DNA from: Octopus bimaculoides
Lineage: Eukaryota
Length of the DNA stretch: 32,020 nt
Direction: 5' to 3'
Assembly (NCBI RefSeq): GCF_001194135.2
Contig: NC_068985.1
Location: forward strand, 115,963,484 to 115,995,503
In this document: piece by piece, positions 31,901 through 32,020 of the stretch
Position numbering within the stretch: the stretch's first letter is position 1
Layout of the letters: each line of letters starts with the position of its first letter
Notes under the pieces: model-generated
What the model was told of the DNA's origin: nothing
Database searches by the model: none
Seen by the model: only the letters and a program-made list of their open reading frames with translations
Program-made: the position numbers and the translations under genes

Positions 31901-32020
31901 CTCACGGACGTGCTGTCACATCGGCTGCGAAGGTAAACGTTTATTTGACCTTTTACTGTCCACATTTTGTTGGAATTTTAAAATAATTTTGTTGCGAAGC
32001 ACCTAGGCTTCATTTGTGTG

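Noticed and set aside
3219-32006. ORFs rich in [16 protein letters not shown], poly-N/I/L/M/D/T
   Set aside because: These are translations of (TA)n, (CA)n, (TG)n, (TATC)n and trinucleotide repeats, with no domain content or splice support.

Overview
Eukaryotic, AT-rich, repeat-saturated scaffold DNA. Eleven N-gaps (~3.8 kb in total) are almost all flanked by microsatellites. The repeat families and microsatellite load look like an octopod cephalopod genome (Octopus-like short-read assembly); this is inferred from recalled repeat sequences, not from a search. I can support no intact host gene, RNA gene, CRISPR array or prokaryotic system. The window is intergenic or intronic. It holds about 17 copies of one tRNA-type SINE (called family A here), 5 copies or halves of a CORE-like SINE with an internal microsatellite (family B) and 3-4 copies of a third SINE group (family C). 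It also holds the 3' end of an RTE-type LINE encoding three C2H2 zinc fingers, two R4/Dong-type LINE fragments around a (TAA)n tract, a decayed LINE ORF1, an internally deleted Tc1/mariner element, a ~275-bp palindrome and many simple repeats. The best leads concern retroelement biology: LINE-borne triple zinc fingers, microsatellite-targeted Dong stacking, a probable template-switch SINE dimer, modular SINE domains with conserved stems, and closely spaced inverted SINEs that could form ADAR substrates. Almost all of the supplied ORF track is artefact from gaps and microsatellites. Family labels A, B and C are my own.
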